Origin: Catajapyx aquilonaris
Taxonomy: Eukaryota
Direction of reading: 5' to 3'
Assembly (NCBI GenBank): GCA_000934665.2
Contig: JYFJ02000353.1
Location: forward strand, 1 to 64,000
Length of the DNA: 64,000 nt
Shown: one piece after another, positions 25,884 through 38,300 of the stretch
Layout: each line of letters starts with the position of its first letter
Numbering within the stretch: position 1 is the first letter of the stretch
Notes under the pieces: generated by a model
Told to the model about the DNA's origin: nothing
What the model saw: the letters and a program-made list of their open reading frames with translations, nothing else
Databases searched by the model: none
Program-made: the position numbers and the translations under genes

Positions 25884-27985
25884 TCTACGATGTCGTTCGT
25901 ATGAGTATAAGAAATAGCTGGGCGGTTTCGTCCGATATTTCAAGTGGACATAATCGACTGACCGAATCTGATAAGTGAAGAAAGTAATAGAGATAGAGGA
26001 CCTGCTTCATTGTTTGTAAGGTCTGGTCTTCTAATTGATAAATCCCACTTACAGTGTTAGGCCCTACTACACACATGTGCACGCTTCACCCTGGGGAACA
26101 AAAAAAAAATCATATAAAGACATTTTCACCAAGTTGTGAAACACAAGGTGGTGAAGTGCCTGAGAATGGGATGAGGTAAAAATGAATCTCCTGTAGCTCA
26201 TTCTCGCTGTAGTCCCGTGTGTACATGTCGAGATCTTCCAATGGTAATGCGCATGTGCTAGGGGCAAGTGAGAGTGATCTGTCGCGATTTTCCCTGCTCG
26301 CATTCTTACAGGTGCCAACTTAGATAGTGAACCACAATGTACGTCAGTGTATTGCAGATGTGCACAATTGGCAATAGTAAAGTGTGATAATTTGATATTC
26401 AGTAACTGTGCAAGAAAAGTGCATATACGTGTAAGTTATACGTATAATTATGTATATTGGCACATATTTTTGAATAAATAGGTCTGCATTTATTCATGAT
26501 ACCAAGAGCTAATAACTCTTGATGATACTATGAGTCAATTGCAGTGAGAATGTAAAGCCAGTGTGAATGATCATACAGAGCTGGCACGTGTCAAGAATAT
26601 GATTGAAAAACCTGTTCACATATAAAATCTATTTGAGTTCTATCAGTAATTACAAATTGCATCACCTTAAACATTGTTATTTTAGCTTGTTGGATTTGTT
26701 TGTGATTTATCTTGAATTTATCGAAAATTTAAACTGCGTAGTTTGAGTGAATAAGATAATTATGACACCAGTGGTCTCCCGTCAATATAGGACATGGTCA
26801 TTTTAATTCGGATTATATTTAAGCTAACTTAGCACTGAGTACCAGTGCAGTACAATGGTACTGCTAAGTTAGCAGTAACTAGCAGCGGGACGAAAATTCC
26901 ACATACGTATTTTTGAACCGGTTTCTTGTTTCATTCCTACGCAACCTTTTGGCTGAAGAACTTTTCTCGGTTAAAAAATGAGGCAGAGCAGATCTCACAG
27001 ACTATTGCTGCAACTCGGTAACCTTATTATGGTGCATTGACCTTGCCGATAAAATGGACGTGTACATGCTAATGTTACGTCTGAAGTCATGACAAATGAC
27101 AAGAAATGAAACGGCTGTAAGCAAATGGGTTCTTCTATATAGAATCTATATGTATATGGCAGAGGAATTTTGAGAGCTTCCGCCTGGAGTGACATGGCTG
27201 GCCTGACTAGATTTGACAATGCCAAAGTCAAAATCTGCGAAATTATTTTCGGGCAAGAAATCGAACTTAATCCGAAGAAAATGCGCACTTATTTCTCCAT
27301 CCTTTACTGATTACTACTCCACGTGCTCCTGCCAGTATATCCTTTACATATATCATGTACTGTAACTGAAAAAAGGACTGTATGAATAACAGGGACTAAT
27401 GTAATCTACCAACGTCACAATCACTCTATATTCAAGGTGTCATTAGAAATTACAGCTGGTGTATTTTGAATGGGGGTTTATCAAGTCCAGAAATTGCATG
27501 TAATAATATGTGACCGTTTGCGGATACAATATTTCAGTGAAGTACGCAGGACTTCATGTACTGCATGTACATTAATTTTTGTGGGAATGAATGTTTTTTT
27601 ATACGTGCTTTTCGCATCTGACAGTGCAGCATGGCTGTGAAACTGGTTTTTTCAAAATTTTCTCTTATAGGCTATAGGGGCGGTTAATATTCTCTGAGAA
27701 TATTAAATTCTCGAAGGATTCTGTGATTCCGAACGTGACTCAAACAAGATATGCATCAGCAGTACTTTTGCTTGAATCGCAGTTGCGTGGATGTCGACGC
27801 ATTTGTGCAGCATGCTGTGCTTTGGTATTCAGTAAGTTCATGATTATTACTGATGAAACAGAGATTTCATTGTGGGGTTTAAAATTATTTAAGCAAAATT
27901 TAACTTCACGTGAAAATATTTTGGAGTACCGTAGTTATTAGGTATGTCTTCCGATTCTTCAATATGTATATAATGATGATGATAA

Positions 27986-28285
27986 TCTCTATCTCTATAA
28001 ATAAGGAAGTTTGTCAATTTGTTTGTTTGTTTGTCCCTTATAGAAATCCGGGGGAAGGCCCCTACACCGCCTTAAATTAGCATATCGGGAGTTACATTTT
28101 TCAAGGAATTTAATGCCGCATGTTTCAGCTTCCGAAAATGTACCTAACACCCATAACACGCATATTCCCAATTAACCAATTGCAATTACCTATTTAACAA
28201 TATTCATAGATTTCCATGGTAATGCCCTCATTACATTGTAGGCCTACCACCATAACTTACCCGGGCAACGCCGGGTAACCTGCTA

Positions 28286-28286
<1 letters not shown>
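27986..28286 (+). mobile_element. Short non-autonomous Helitron-like element (~300 bp)
   Basis: A|TC 5' end (27986 or 27992), internal (GTTT)n near the 5' end, 3' GC hairpin CCCGGGCAACGCCGGG, terminal CTAG|T, no TSD. Confidence 0.7.

Positions 28287-28372
<86 letters not shown>
28287..28372. repeat. (TAA)n microsatellite, the tail of the adjacent minus-strand SINE
   Basis: Perfect trinucleotide run abutting the SINE 3' end. Confidence 0.95.
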
Positions 28373-28375
<3 letters not shown>

Positions 28376-28377
28376 CA

Positions 28378-28633
28378 TGGATACCCCGTGATAGGCCCCT
28401 TGGGCCTCTTAGGGGATCATCTTTTGAATACCCGACTTTAATCATTTGCCTGTAATGTGATGGATTTTGATTGCGGGAGGAAACGGGAGAACCCCGAGAA
28501 AACCCACGCGAACACGGAGAGAACCCATCGAAACTCTATCCACATAAGTATATCCTCCGTCCGACCGGGGGATCGAACTCGGACCTTAGAGGTGGAAGGC
28601 TGCGGCGCTAACCACTCGGCCACCGTGTCGCCC
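28378..28633 (-). mobile_element. tRNA-derived SINE with V-domain-like core (family 1, copy 1)
   Basis: Minus strand: A box TGGCCGAGTGG, B box GTTCGATCC, core TTCTCTCCGTGTTCGCGTGGGTTTTCTCGGGGTTCTCCCGTTTCCTCCC, 3' hairpin, (TTA)n tail. Near-identical copy at 30841-31094. Confidence 0.9.

Positions 28634-28702
<69 letters not shown>
28634..28702. repeat. (TAA)n microsatellite, the tail of SINE family 2
   Basis: Perfect trinucleotide run between the two SINEs. Confidence 0.95.
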
Positions 28703-28704
<2 letters not shown>

Positions 28705-29023
28705 TAAGATAAAATAAATCCGGGTAGTGCTTGGACCCCTCTTGGGGTATTGCACGGACCTTTATTTACTAACTTGTACAACGTACACAATTGGAACCTT
28801 TGACGAAGCGCCCGGGCCCACGGGCAGGATGACAGGAGGGGATGTGCAAGGTGCAGTGCAATGTCTTAAACGTGGCCATTTTTAGTGAACTCCCCCGGAT
28901 GGTTTAGTCTGTTGGAAATACCACCCAAGACGAAAGAGATGAAGGGGGTGTCCCCGGGCTGGGATCGAACCCGGGACCTTAACATCCGTGAGCGCATACG
29001 TTACCGCAGCACCACTCCGCCCC
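28703..29023 (-). mobile_element. Second tRNA-derived SINE family (family 2)
   Basis: Minus strand GGGGCGGAGTGGTGCTGCGGTAA (A box) ... CCGGGTTCGATCCC (B box). Body unrelated to family 1. 3' hairpin ACCCC-AAGA-GGGGT, then an (ATT)n tail. Confidence 0.7.
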
Positions 29024-30761
29024 CCCCCCCCCCACCAACNCCCCCATATAATATACGTATAAGTACTATACCCTGTATTTCCCATTTAAAAAAACTATTC
29101 GTTCTCTCTTGATAATTATGGTAAAAAATAATTGTAACATGAAACGGCAAAATTTCTAACCGTTCCTTATCGTATGTTATAAATACCTTTCCAATAAAAC
29201 GGTCACCAATGTCTCAAATAGTTGCTTCGAAATGTAGGCCATCGGCACCGCATAATATTGCGGATATGTTCACCTTCATTATGAGAGGGTATCCCCGTAA
29301 TCATACTGTAATACTGTGAGCTTGGATCGGCCTTACTATACCGTACGTGATAAACATGTGCGCATTAAATTTTTCTGCAGACATTCTTACGTAGTGGTCA
29401 CGATAGTAGTTAAATATGTACTTCCACTTGTCTGACTGTGCCTGTTTAAATGATGGATATTCCACTCTTGTCGAATCTGGCTGATGAGCTGTTTATTTGG
29501 TAAACAAAAACAACATAGGGAAGGTGGTGAAGGAGGGCCGCCATACAAACAACACCACCACCACCACCACCATCATACTGTACCATTTCCTCATTGAAAG
29601 CGTATATTCAGAAAGGAGATGACTGTAGGCTACTGTAATTTGTAAAAGCAAGAAGAAGAAGAAGAAACACGACACCCATAAATATGGATCAATATGTGCA
29701 GATCATCACCTTCAGAGTAATTTTTGTTGTGATGAGGCGAGATGGACGTAATTTTTCACTTCAATTCACGTTTATCGTAAATTATTGTAGTATGTGGCAT
29801 TTGGTGACCCTACAATATTACCTTACTAGGTCCGCCTTCCAGTATATCTGTAGAGGTACACGCGGGTACAAGTTTACATCGACTACACCTGTCTACTTTC
29901 GCATGTTATGTAGACACTTGACACTATAGTCAAAAATAGTACTCTTGTACGTATGTTCGCCAATGGTGTGACCACTAAACTGTTCTGTCTCATTATCTAT
30001 CATTATCCATACGGTATCTGATCTTATAGACCTATCCAATGTAATTAGTCTGATACCACTGCGTGGAATAAGTATGTAATAATACAATTTTTTTTCTCCG
30101 GAACAATTCTGCAAATTCCATTTTGTTCTTACAATCAACATTACAAGATTAGCAAGCCGAATTTCATTATTGCATAGGCCTATCTATTGCCATGAGCTTT
30201 CTTATGTCATGTGGCCAAAAACTTTCTCCCCATTTGTTGGGTTAGACTGTTAGAGTGTAATGTCAGAAACTTCTGACGAAGAGGAACCCAATGCATTCAT
30301 TACAAGTAATGAATTCACAGAGTTCCTATTTCTTCCATTGCATCAGGATCCACCTAATTAGACATGTAATGGAGACCTAATCCATTTTTAATTTTAAGCC
30401 CACTCTTGGGAAGTAAGTTTTGGATAGTAGTCATTCCTTGATAGGAAACCTCGCACAGTATGCCTGCATAGGCCACTGAACATTGATATTAATAATCATT
30501 GGAATGAATATTTCAGTAAGGCATACTAACACAGGGTGGGGAAAAATTTTCCAGCTGCTCTGTACCTTACGCGTATGTGGAGAGTTTTGCCCATATATGT
30601 AGAAGCAGGCTACATGTGAGTCATACAATTGAAAAGAGTGCTGGTCCAAGTGAAGCTTCTTGTTCCCTTGATATTGATTGATTGATTTATAATGATATTT
30701 GTATTACAGTAGCAGTGTAATTACGACTGGCAGGTAAATTGTTGATGACTTCAAGAATGTA

Positions 30762-30802
30762 TAATAATAATAATAATAATAATAATGATAATAATAATAA
30801 TA

Positions 30803-30841
<39 letters not shown>

Positions 30842-31094
30842 GATACCCCTTGATTGGCCTCCTTGGGCCTCTTAGGGGATCATCTTTTAAATACCCGACT
30901 TTAATCATTGCCTGCGCTGTGATGGATTTTGATTGTGGGAGGAAACGGGAGAACCCCGAGAAAACCCACGCGAACACGGAGAGAACCCATCGAAACTCTA
31001 TCCACATAAGTATCCTCCATCCAATCCGGGGATCGAACTCGGGACCTCAGAGGTGGAAGGCTGCGGCGCTAACCACTCGGCCACCGTGTCGCCC
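30762..31094 (-). mobile_element. tRNA-derived V-domain SINE (family 1, copy 2) with (TTA)n tail and 14-bp TSD
   Basis: Body 30841-31094 nearly identical to 28378-28633. Tail 30762-30840. Direct repeat ACTTCAAGAATGTA at 30748-30761 and 31096-31109. Confidence 0.92.
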
Positions 31095-31890
31095 TACTTC
31101 AAGAATGTAACCTCAGTAGTATGGCAAACATTCTCCAGGTTATTGTAACAAACATAACTGAATAGTGTACTGGAATCAAAAATAATAATACCATACGTTT
31201 GTTAGATTCATATGGGATAAGTTGTACACTTGGTGGGTTCATGGACAGGAACAGTAAGGGAGGATTTGCTTCCCTTTTGGGTTGGTCATAAATGTTATTA
31301 CAGAACATCATTTTTGACTTTTGTCACAGAGCACTCTAACTATCTTGCTCTCCCTGATGCACCCTTGGCACTCACCAGAGAAAAAAAAAACACAATCTAC
31401 GTCAGAGTGGCAATTTTATATGTATTTTTGGGGGAAAACACTGGATTATTGTGACCTAAGCAGTATGTTGCCAACTTTTACAATCTTTCAAAAAAAATAA
31501 TTGCTTTGGTAAGGTGTATTTAAAAATTAAAATCTCTGAAGAGAAACCTGATTTCCCCCCAGATGAATTCCCTTAAGCCTTGCATACAATGGTACAGAAA
31601 GAAAACAAGTCAGTAAAGTATGCAGCCAGAGTAATCTACTTCCTGAGGTGCACAGTCACTTCCTGCAGATTCCACCTGCCAATTCTATCTCCCACTTGAC
31701 CTTCCACAATGTGAATTTTCGATGCCAGTTTGTTCCACAGAAAATGACTCACTCTCAGTTAATAAAACCACTGCCGGTTTGATTGAGTAGGTCAGGACCT
31801 TGGAGCATGATTGGGAATGGTTGAGAAATTTCACTTATGATAGGTAGAAAACCACCTTTACTAATACAAAAATTTACAGAAGTCATTTAG

Positions 31891-32378
31891 CTACGGATCT
31901 TCCCTCTTTGGTGGCTTGATATTCCGGATGTACTCAATCTCAGCCTTGGTGTCCTTGACCTTCTTGATGAATGAGGCCACGTACTCTTTTGGATCAAAAG
32001 CTTCTGCCTGCTTGATTTGTGCCACCAATTCTCCCTGGAACGCCTTTTCCTTCTTCAGTTCTCGCCTCTGGTTTATCTTTATCAACACAAATTTCATCTT
32101 CTTGCGGAGCTTCCTCAACTTGTGCTTCTTCATCTTTTTCCGCCTAATAACCACCAGGCGAGCTGCATGCTTCTCCACGACAGGATTTGGCGATGGTTGA
32201 GGTGTAGGAGTGGCAGGAACAATAGAGAGGGTGGGAAGGCGTATTTTTAAATTTGGGACCAGGGGCTGCGTTACTGGGGGCAATGCAGGGATAACAGTTG
32301 GTGGGGCAAGTGAGGGTAAGATACATGGAGAGCGATGGTAATGGAAGCTGACATGGGTAGATGCAGCTCTTGCCAGAC
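31891..32378 (-). CDS. AURKAIP1: Mitochondrial small-subunit ribosomal protein mS38 (AURKAIP1/COX24 family), 3' exon; 5' exon(s) not located
   Basis: Family signature AARLVVIRRKKMKKHKLRKLRKKMKF...QRRELKKEKAFQ..L...IKQAEAFDPKEYV. Phase-1 acceptor TTACAG|GT at 32378; TAG stop at 31891. Confidence 0.85.
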
Positions 32379-35300
32379 CTGTAATAACACAAAAGTATTT
32401 GGTGGGTGAACCTTCTTCCAATATTTTCACCTGAAACTGCTCTGTTGTCAATCATTTCGATGAATTGACAGGAGGGCAGCAAGAAAATTCCGCAAGTATT
32501 CAATTTCATGCAGGAACTGCGTTGGGGCATTCAAAGAATAATGAAAATGAATTTATTAGTGGCAGCTTTAAAATGTTCCTGACCGGAATTCTATCTCGCA
32601 AAATATTGATAAGGAAATGTTTCTGCATGAACATCCTGATATATGCATCTTCCCTAACCACTGGCTCCTCATTCTTGGCAACATGCAATTTTCTGCTCAA
32701 CTTCCATCTGGAGTATTTTTTTTAAAAAAAAGAGACTTTCATGGTCATATGTTATCTTACATATAGTTATACTTTTCTCTCTTGTCTCTCTCTCCTACAG
32801 AGGTGACTCCTTGGGGTCAAGACGAAGTTGTACAGTACTAGATGAATCCAGTGCTAACACTATAACCAGATATGATTTCATAAAATTTAATTGCCAAATG
32901 TTATCTCTCACATCTGAACAACTAGGCACATGACAAAATGATTTGACTTGTGCCACAAGGGCAAACTTTTTGTTACCATGATCAGAAAGTTACAAAAGTC
33001 ACTCTTTTGAAGGTGAAAGAAAATAATTTGAAATGAAGGACAAGTATAAGACTTGTGAAAATTTGTGTAACTGAGGCCCTTCTGCAATAGCCTACTTTTG
33101 AAATTAAATACAGTAATAATTGGCATTGGCTGGGATGCATTTGTACAGTGTTGGACATAAATCGAGGCATATTGCTAGCGACATTTTCCAAAGTAGCTTT
33201 GGAAAATGTCGCTGGCAGTATGCCTCGATTCATGTCCAACACTGTACCAACAGTGCAAAAAGAACTGTCCCAGTAATCCTGACGTGTGGGCTGGCCGCTC
33301 GACACACACCATGTAAGTTACATGGTGTGTGTTGAGCGGGCAGCACACACATCAGGATGACTGGGACAATTCTTTTTGAACTAATGATACCCTACTGGAC
33401 AAAACTACTACAGGTTACAAGCAGTGTCAAATGCGCACCAAGTGGAATTGTGCATTCCTCACGCTCACAGAAGCAGGGTGCCAGGTTTGTTCATCCACCC
33501 GCACCCTCATTTGGCACTGTTGTAACCTCTGCAGTAGTTCTTTCCAGCAGTGCATTTAGGAAAATTCACAAAATACGAGTCTTGTAAGTGCTAATGCAAG
33601 ACATGAATAAAACGACATGCCTCCTGCTTTTATTACGAGTCCCATACCCCACCTGGGAATTATCTTATAATCAGGGAAAATTTCAACCTAGGACAGGTAT
33701 TGGCATAAAAGGTAAATGGTTATTTGTAAACCTGAAAATGATAGTTTGAAATCTTGAAGCAGGACATCATTACAAGGGCAAGTTTAAAATTTCTCTTACA
33801 CAAGATTCTTCAAATCATGCAGGTAGTGGTATTGTATAGGAAGCTGCTAGATTTTTGTTTGCACATAATGACTGCTCAAAATAATGGCAGGGTTGTTAGA
33901 AACTCTGGGTCAAAAGTCAGGGTTGAACACAGGGTCAAGTTAAATACATATACTGCACATAATGAAAAACAAGTGCCCCTTCTCAACTTGGAGTCAACCC
34001 AGCCCCCTGTCACTTCCTCCTTAGCCATATAGATATGGTACTTTAATTCCTGTGTCAAGTCTGCGGAAGCAAAGAAAGATCGAGCCCCATGGCAGACTCA
34101 CCTGCTACCTACCACCCGAGTTGCACCTAGATCAAGATGGTGGCTTAGTGAACGATGGGGCAGAGAAATTACCCTACGGGGCTAAGTCAACCTATACTCT
34201 GTGTTTGATAAGCCATTATGTACCTAGACCTTAAGAATGGTATGCACACTTTGGGAGTTATATTATACACATCAAAAGATTCTGGTCAACCAGGTGATTT
34301 AGGTTTGTACAGTGTGGTCGACACTTGTCCATTTCAGGCTGCTGTTTTCCACAGTAAGGGCTGGCTCTGTGAATTCAAATTAAGGAGAACATATCCAATT
34401 AGGTTGGATTAATTGGAAATGTGTCCTAATTTGTGTTCATACAACTGCCTCTCTGTGGCAAGCATACCTGCAACATGCTAATATATCCATGGACATCCAT
34501 CTATGTAAATCTGAATGCCAGAGATTTGAAATCCTCTGTCAGTTTTAACATTCCGATATGGCTTGTTCGGGCGGTGCAACCATGCAGTCAATATCAGATT
34601 TGCCATTTAAATTACGACAACCACAGTGTTTCTTTCATTTGCAACACCACAGCTGGACAAACATTTTGGTTTGAAGCTATTTCTCATCGCAGCATAATGA
34701 CCACATGGGACACCCACCCTGCTTCTGTCCGGCAAGGAATGCCGATGCAGGCAGCCTCATTAGGGACAGGGCTGCTCTCAGCATGGTGTGGCTCAGTAGC
34801 TCCTGCCTGCCTGCCTGCAACGTACATGGGGGATTAGTCAAAATGCCAAACATGGATGGAAATCCCAGCTTCAACCTTCGTTTTCTTTCTTCTCACGCCT
34901 TCCCAGCTGCACTGGTCGCCTCCATTGCTTCTTCAAACAAACGATCTCTAAGTAGGCAACTTTGTGATACTATCCTGCTGGCGGTGCTCGAACTGCCCGC
35001 TAGATGGACACCTCCTGCAGTGGTTGGCTACAGTGGACACTTGGCGCGACTCATGACGCGACGATGGTGACACTTCTCAAGTAATACTACGGCATTCAAC
35101 TATACACTTGATGTGAAATGAAGGCACTCATGCCTTCCATGCACCAATGTTCATTGGATACCCAGCATTCAATGCCCAGTGCTCAGTGCAAATGTACAGA
35201 TATCACGGACATTTCATATAATTTTGTCTTATGCTCAATTTTAGGGTCATTTTAAATGCAAAATTGCAATGTGTGATTGCGGTGGACATATTAGTTGTAG

Positions 35301-38300
35301 ATATGGCAAGTTGTACGTTGGCGCCCGATTGGTATCCGACCCAGAGAGCAGCACTGGCAAGGTTGGGAGGAGCAAAGCGGCAGGGGGTGAACTTGCATGC
35401 AGTGGGGGTTCAGTTGATCCGAGGGCGCAGGAGGGGCTGGGAGGCACTCACGCCGGGCAAGGGGCAGGGGAAGTGCTGTGTGTGTGAAGGCAGGCAGGCA
35501 GGCAGACCAAGGGGTGTCGCCCACGGGCCAGCAACATCCAGCGGGTGCAAGGAGAGGCGGAGGCAGAACTGATATTGGGAAGAGGTGAGCCTCCTGATCC
35601 TCTTCAAGGACCATGATGGATAGGGAGGGGACCCCCTTTGTTGAAGAGGGACATTTACATGGGCCCAGAATAAAGTGGACCTAGCCCACTATTAGGTGCC
35701 AACTCAGTACATGCTGACATTTAATCAGGTCATGAACTTGTGCTGGAAGTGCTGTAGCAAGTGGGCCAGATTTAGATCGGATCCAGTCTGTGATTGGTAT
35801 AGTTTTGTTTACTGGGGGAAGCCAAGGACAAAGATTTTTGGGCCGTTGAAGGTAATTTTTGTCACATGATGGATGACACGGCTTCAGATTAGAGGATGAG
35901 ACCAGAGGGGACTGAGGAAGAAATGCAAAGTATCAGTGGACTAACAGGCAACTGATATGTTTGTGTGCTCCAGAAATAGCTGATTGACTGCTTGGTGACT
36001 GATCTAATCGGAGGGATATCACTTGTGTACACGTGCTCTGAGATGTGTCGCCTGTCGTCAAAATTACTGTGTATTTTTCACATGGTCCTTGGCACCCAGG
36101 CATTCGAGGAAGAAATGTGACAAAAGAAACAACAATAAAAATACTTGGAATGTGGCCTAGTGCATGGTGTCTGTTTGTGCGAAAGAATAGCTGGCCAAGA
36201 CTAGATCTTCGACAATTTGAACAAACCATGTTTGTGTGTCACTCGGCACTACAATAGCCACATTGTAATGTCGTTTTCAATGCTGATTGTATTGGAGGAA
36301 AAAAATAATTAAGGCCAAATTTTTTTTGTCCGCATTTCTCTATCAGTGCACTATGCCATACAGTTGCTTCAAGGTTTTGCCTGGGAAATCAGATTCACTT
36401 TTTCTACGAGTATTTTCTGAGACAGGCTTATTGTTCAAGTAAGATTGGCTGATATCAAGATAATTTGGAGCTTATTTTTAGCCACAGATGCTGGCTATTA
36501 ATTTTCATTGCAATGATTGATTGAAGGATTGATATGTAAACAGTTAGAAGCATATTATAGCCCCTAATACAAGCGTTTTGTTTGAGTTCGTGACTATACG
36601 GCAGCCTACAATAACGGTAGCGGTCAATCAGAATACGCGTGCAATCAATCACTTGTCCGATACAGTGGCCGAATGCTGACGTTTTAATATACATCGTCGC
36701 GCCATTCGTGACATTTCCACATTGAGTCTCCGTTTCATCCCATGCTTACTGCGAGGCTTACTGGAGCCGAATGCAAATATCCAGAAAGATCAACTCTACT
36801 GTGATATGTTCCAGTCTAGTGATATCAGTAATTGCACGGTGTAAAATAACACGGAAATGATAAGCCGGGCCTTGGAAAGTTGTCGAACACAATACAGTTT
36901 GATAACTTATCCTTCATCGACTCTGAACAGGACACTGTCTGGTCACAATACTCATTGAATGAGGAATATATATATGCAAATGGGCTCGAACCTTGGAGAA
37001 AATCTCATTACATTCGAATTTCTTACTCAGCCAGCAAGCGATTTTGTTGGAATTGAATACACGCGAAGCGAGCCAGGTTCCCAGAAAGACTTTGCCGACA
37101 ACATCTCTCCTCCAGGACATTCATCATTCTTCCTTCATCCCATCGCTCATTTCCAGGACCACCACAGAGAACTTCCCAGCAGTTCTTGAAGCTCCACATA
37201 ATTTATGTGTGATGCACCATTATTTGGCTGGCTGATTGAAAGTACTTTTTTCGTAAAAATTTTTCTACGCAGGTTACACTTACTCAGATGGATTCCATTT
37301 GGGGGCTTGACTTGGATGGGTGTGGAGGAAGCATGCATGAAGTGAAAGCAGTCCTATTATGCCTGCTGCTTCTTAAGTTTTTTATACTGTCTGTAAAGGC
37401 ACCCAGCAGGTGGAAAGGGCCTTGGCCTTACCCAGACCAAAGGCACCCCCTAAAATTACCTGCCTTCTGAGTTCTGACCAACTTGAGACTTGTTATCGCC
37501 GCCACTCTTCCGCACTATTCACATCCAAAAGCTTGATCAACATACGCTCAATTAAAGGCTCCAGCATTGATTTGAAAGGGGGACCAAAAATCGATGACCA
37601 GTTGTCGAAACATGCGTCGACAATGAACCGGGCAAAATTTGATGCGATTGATGTAAAACGCATGTGATTCAATGGAAAGCCGGGGGATTCATCCCTTGAA
37701 TCAATTTTGTCGCGCCATGTTTCCTGCCCGGCTGCAGTGGCGACACTGACGTCACGCATCCTTTCCCTAGAGCTTGGAAATATCATTTGGATTCTCCGGG
37801 TCGATATGTATAAAAAACTGGAGCTTATCTACATTGTACCTGCCAACTGGCTCTGCCTTGAGATAGGTCTGTAGTCATTCGAGTCATGTCCCAGCTCAAA
37901 ATCCATACCGCGCCGTGCGAATGGATGGATTAAAATTAATGTTAATTATTGCATTAGCGTGCCAATTATTATTGGTTAAATGTGAGCTGATTGACAGGGA
38001 AGGTCGGGTGGATTAAAAATAGGTGGTAAACTGCATTAATTTGCGATGTTTTTAGAGGAAGATGCGGAAATTTCCTGCATTTAGGCGCACTTTTTTTAAG
38101 CGACGTTTTGCAGTGCGGTGTTTACATGCCAGCACGGTTGGAGTGCATTCGACGGCTGTAATTAAAATGCTGGTACACAAGGGGGGTGACAGTTGTTTGC
38201 TGTCAACTGCAATTCCGGTTTACGACCAATTTTCATGAGTTCCGGGCCCATTCAATCACGCCCGGATTTGCATAAATAGTTGCGAATTTACGGAGAGTAC

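Noticed and set aside
28560..29023. tRNA genes at the A/B-box sequences
   Set aside because: No complete cloverleaf or acceptor stem. They continue into SINE bodies with microsatellite tails.
28257..31110. Poly-Leu/Ile/Asn ORFs
   Set aside because: Translations of (TAA)n microsatellites and SINE sequence.
34700..35710. GC-richer patch with (CCTG)n/(GCAG)n, purine tract and AATAAA as an LTR element
   Set aside because: No paired LTRs, TSD or gag/pol similarity. At most a degraded repeat.
37493..37786. 97-aa minus-strand ORF
   Set aside because: No recognisable domain or splice support. Length is within chance expectation.
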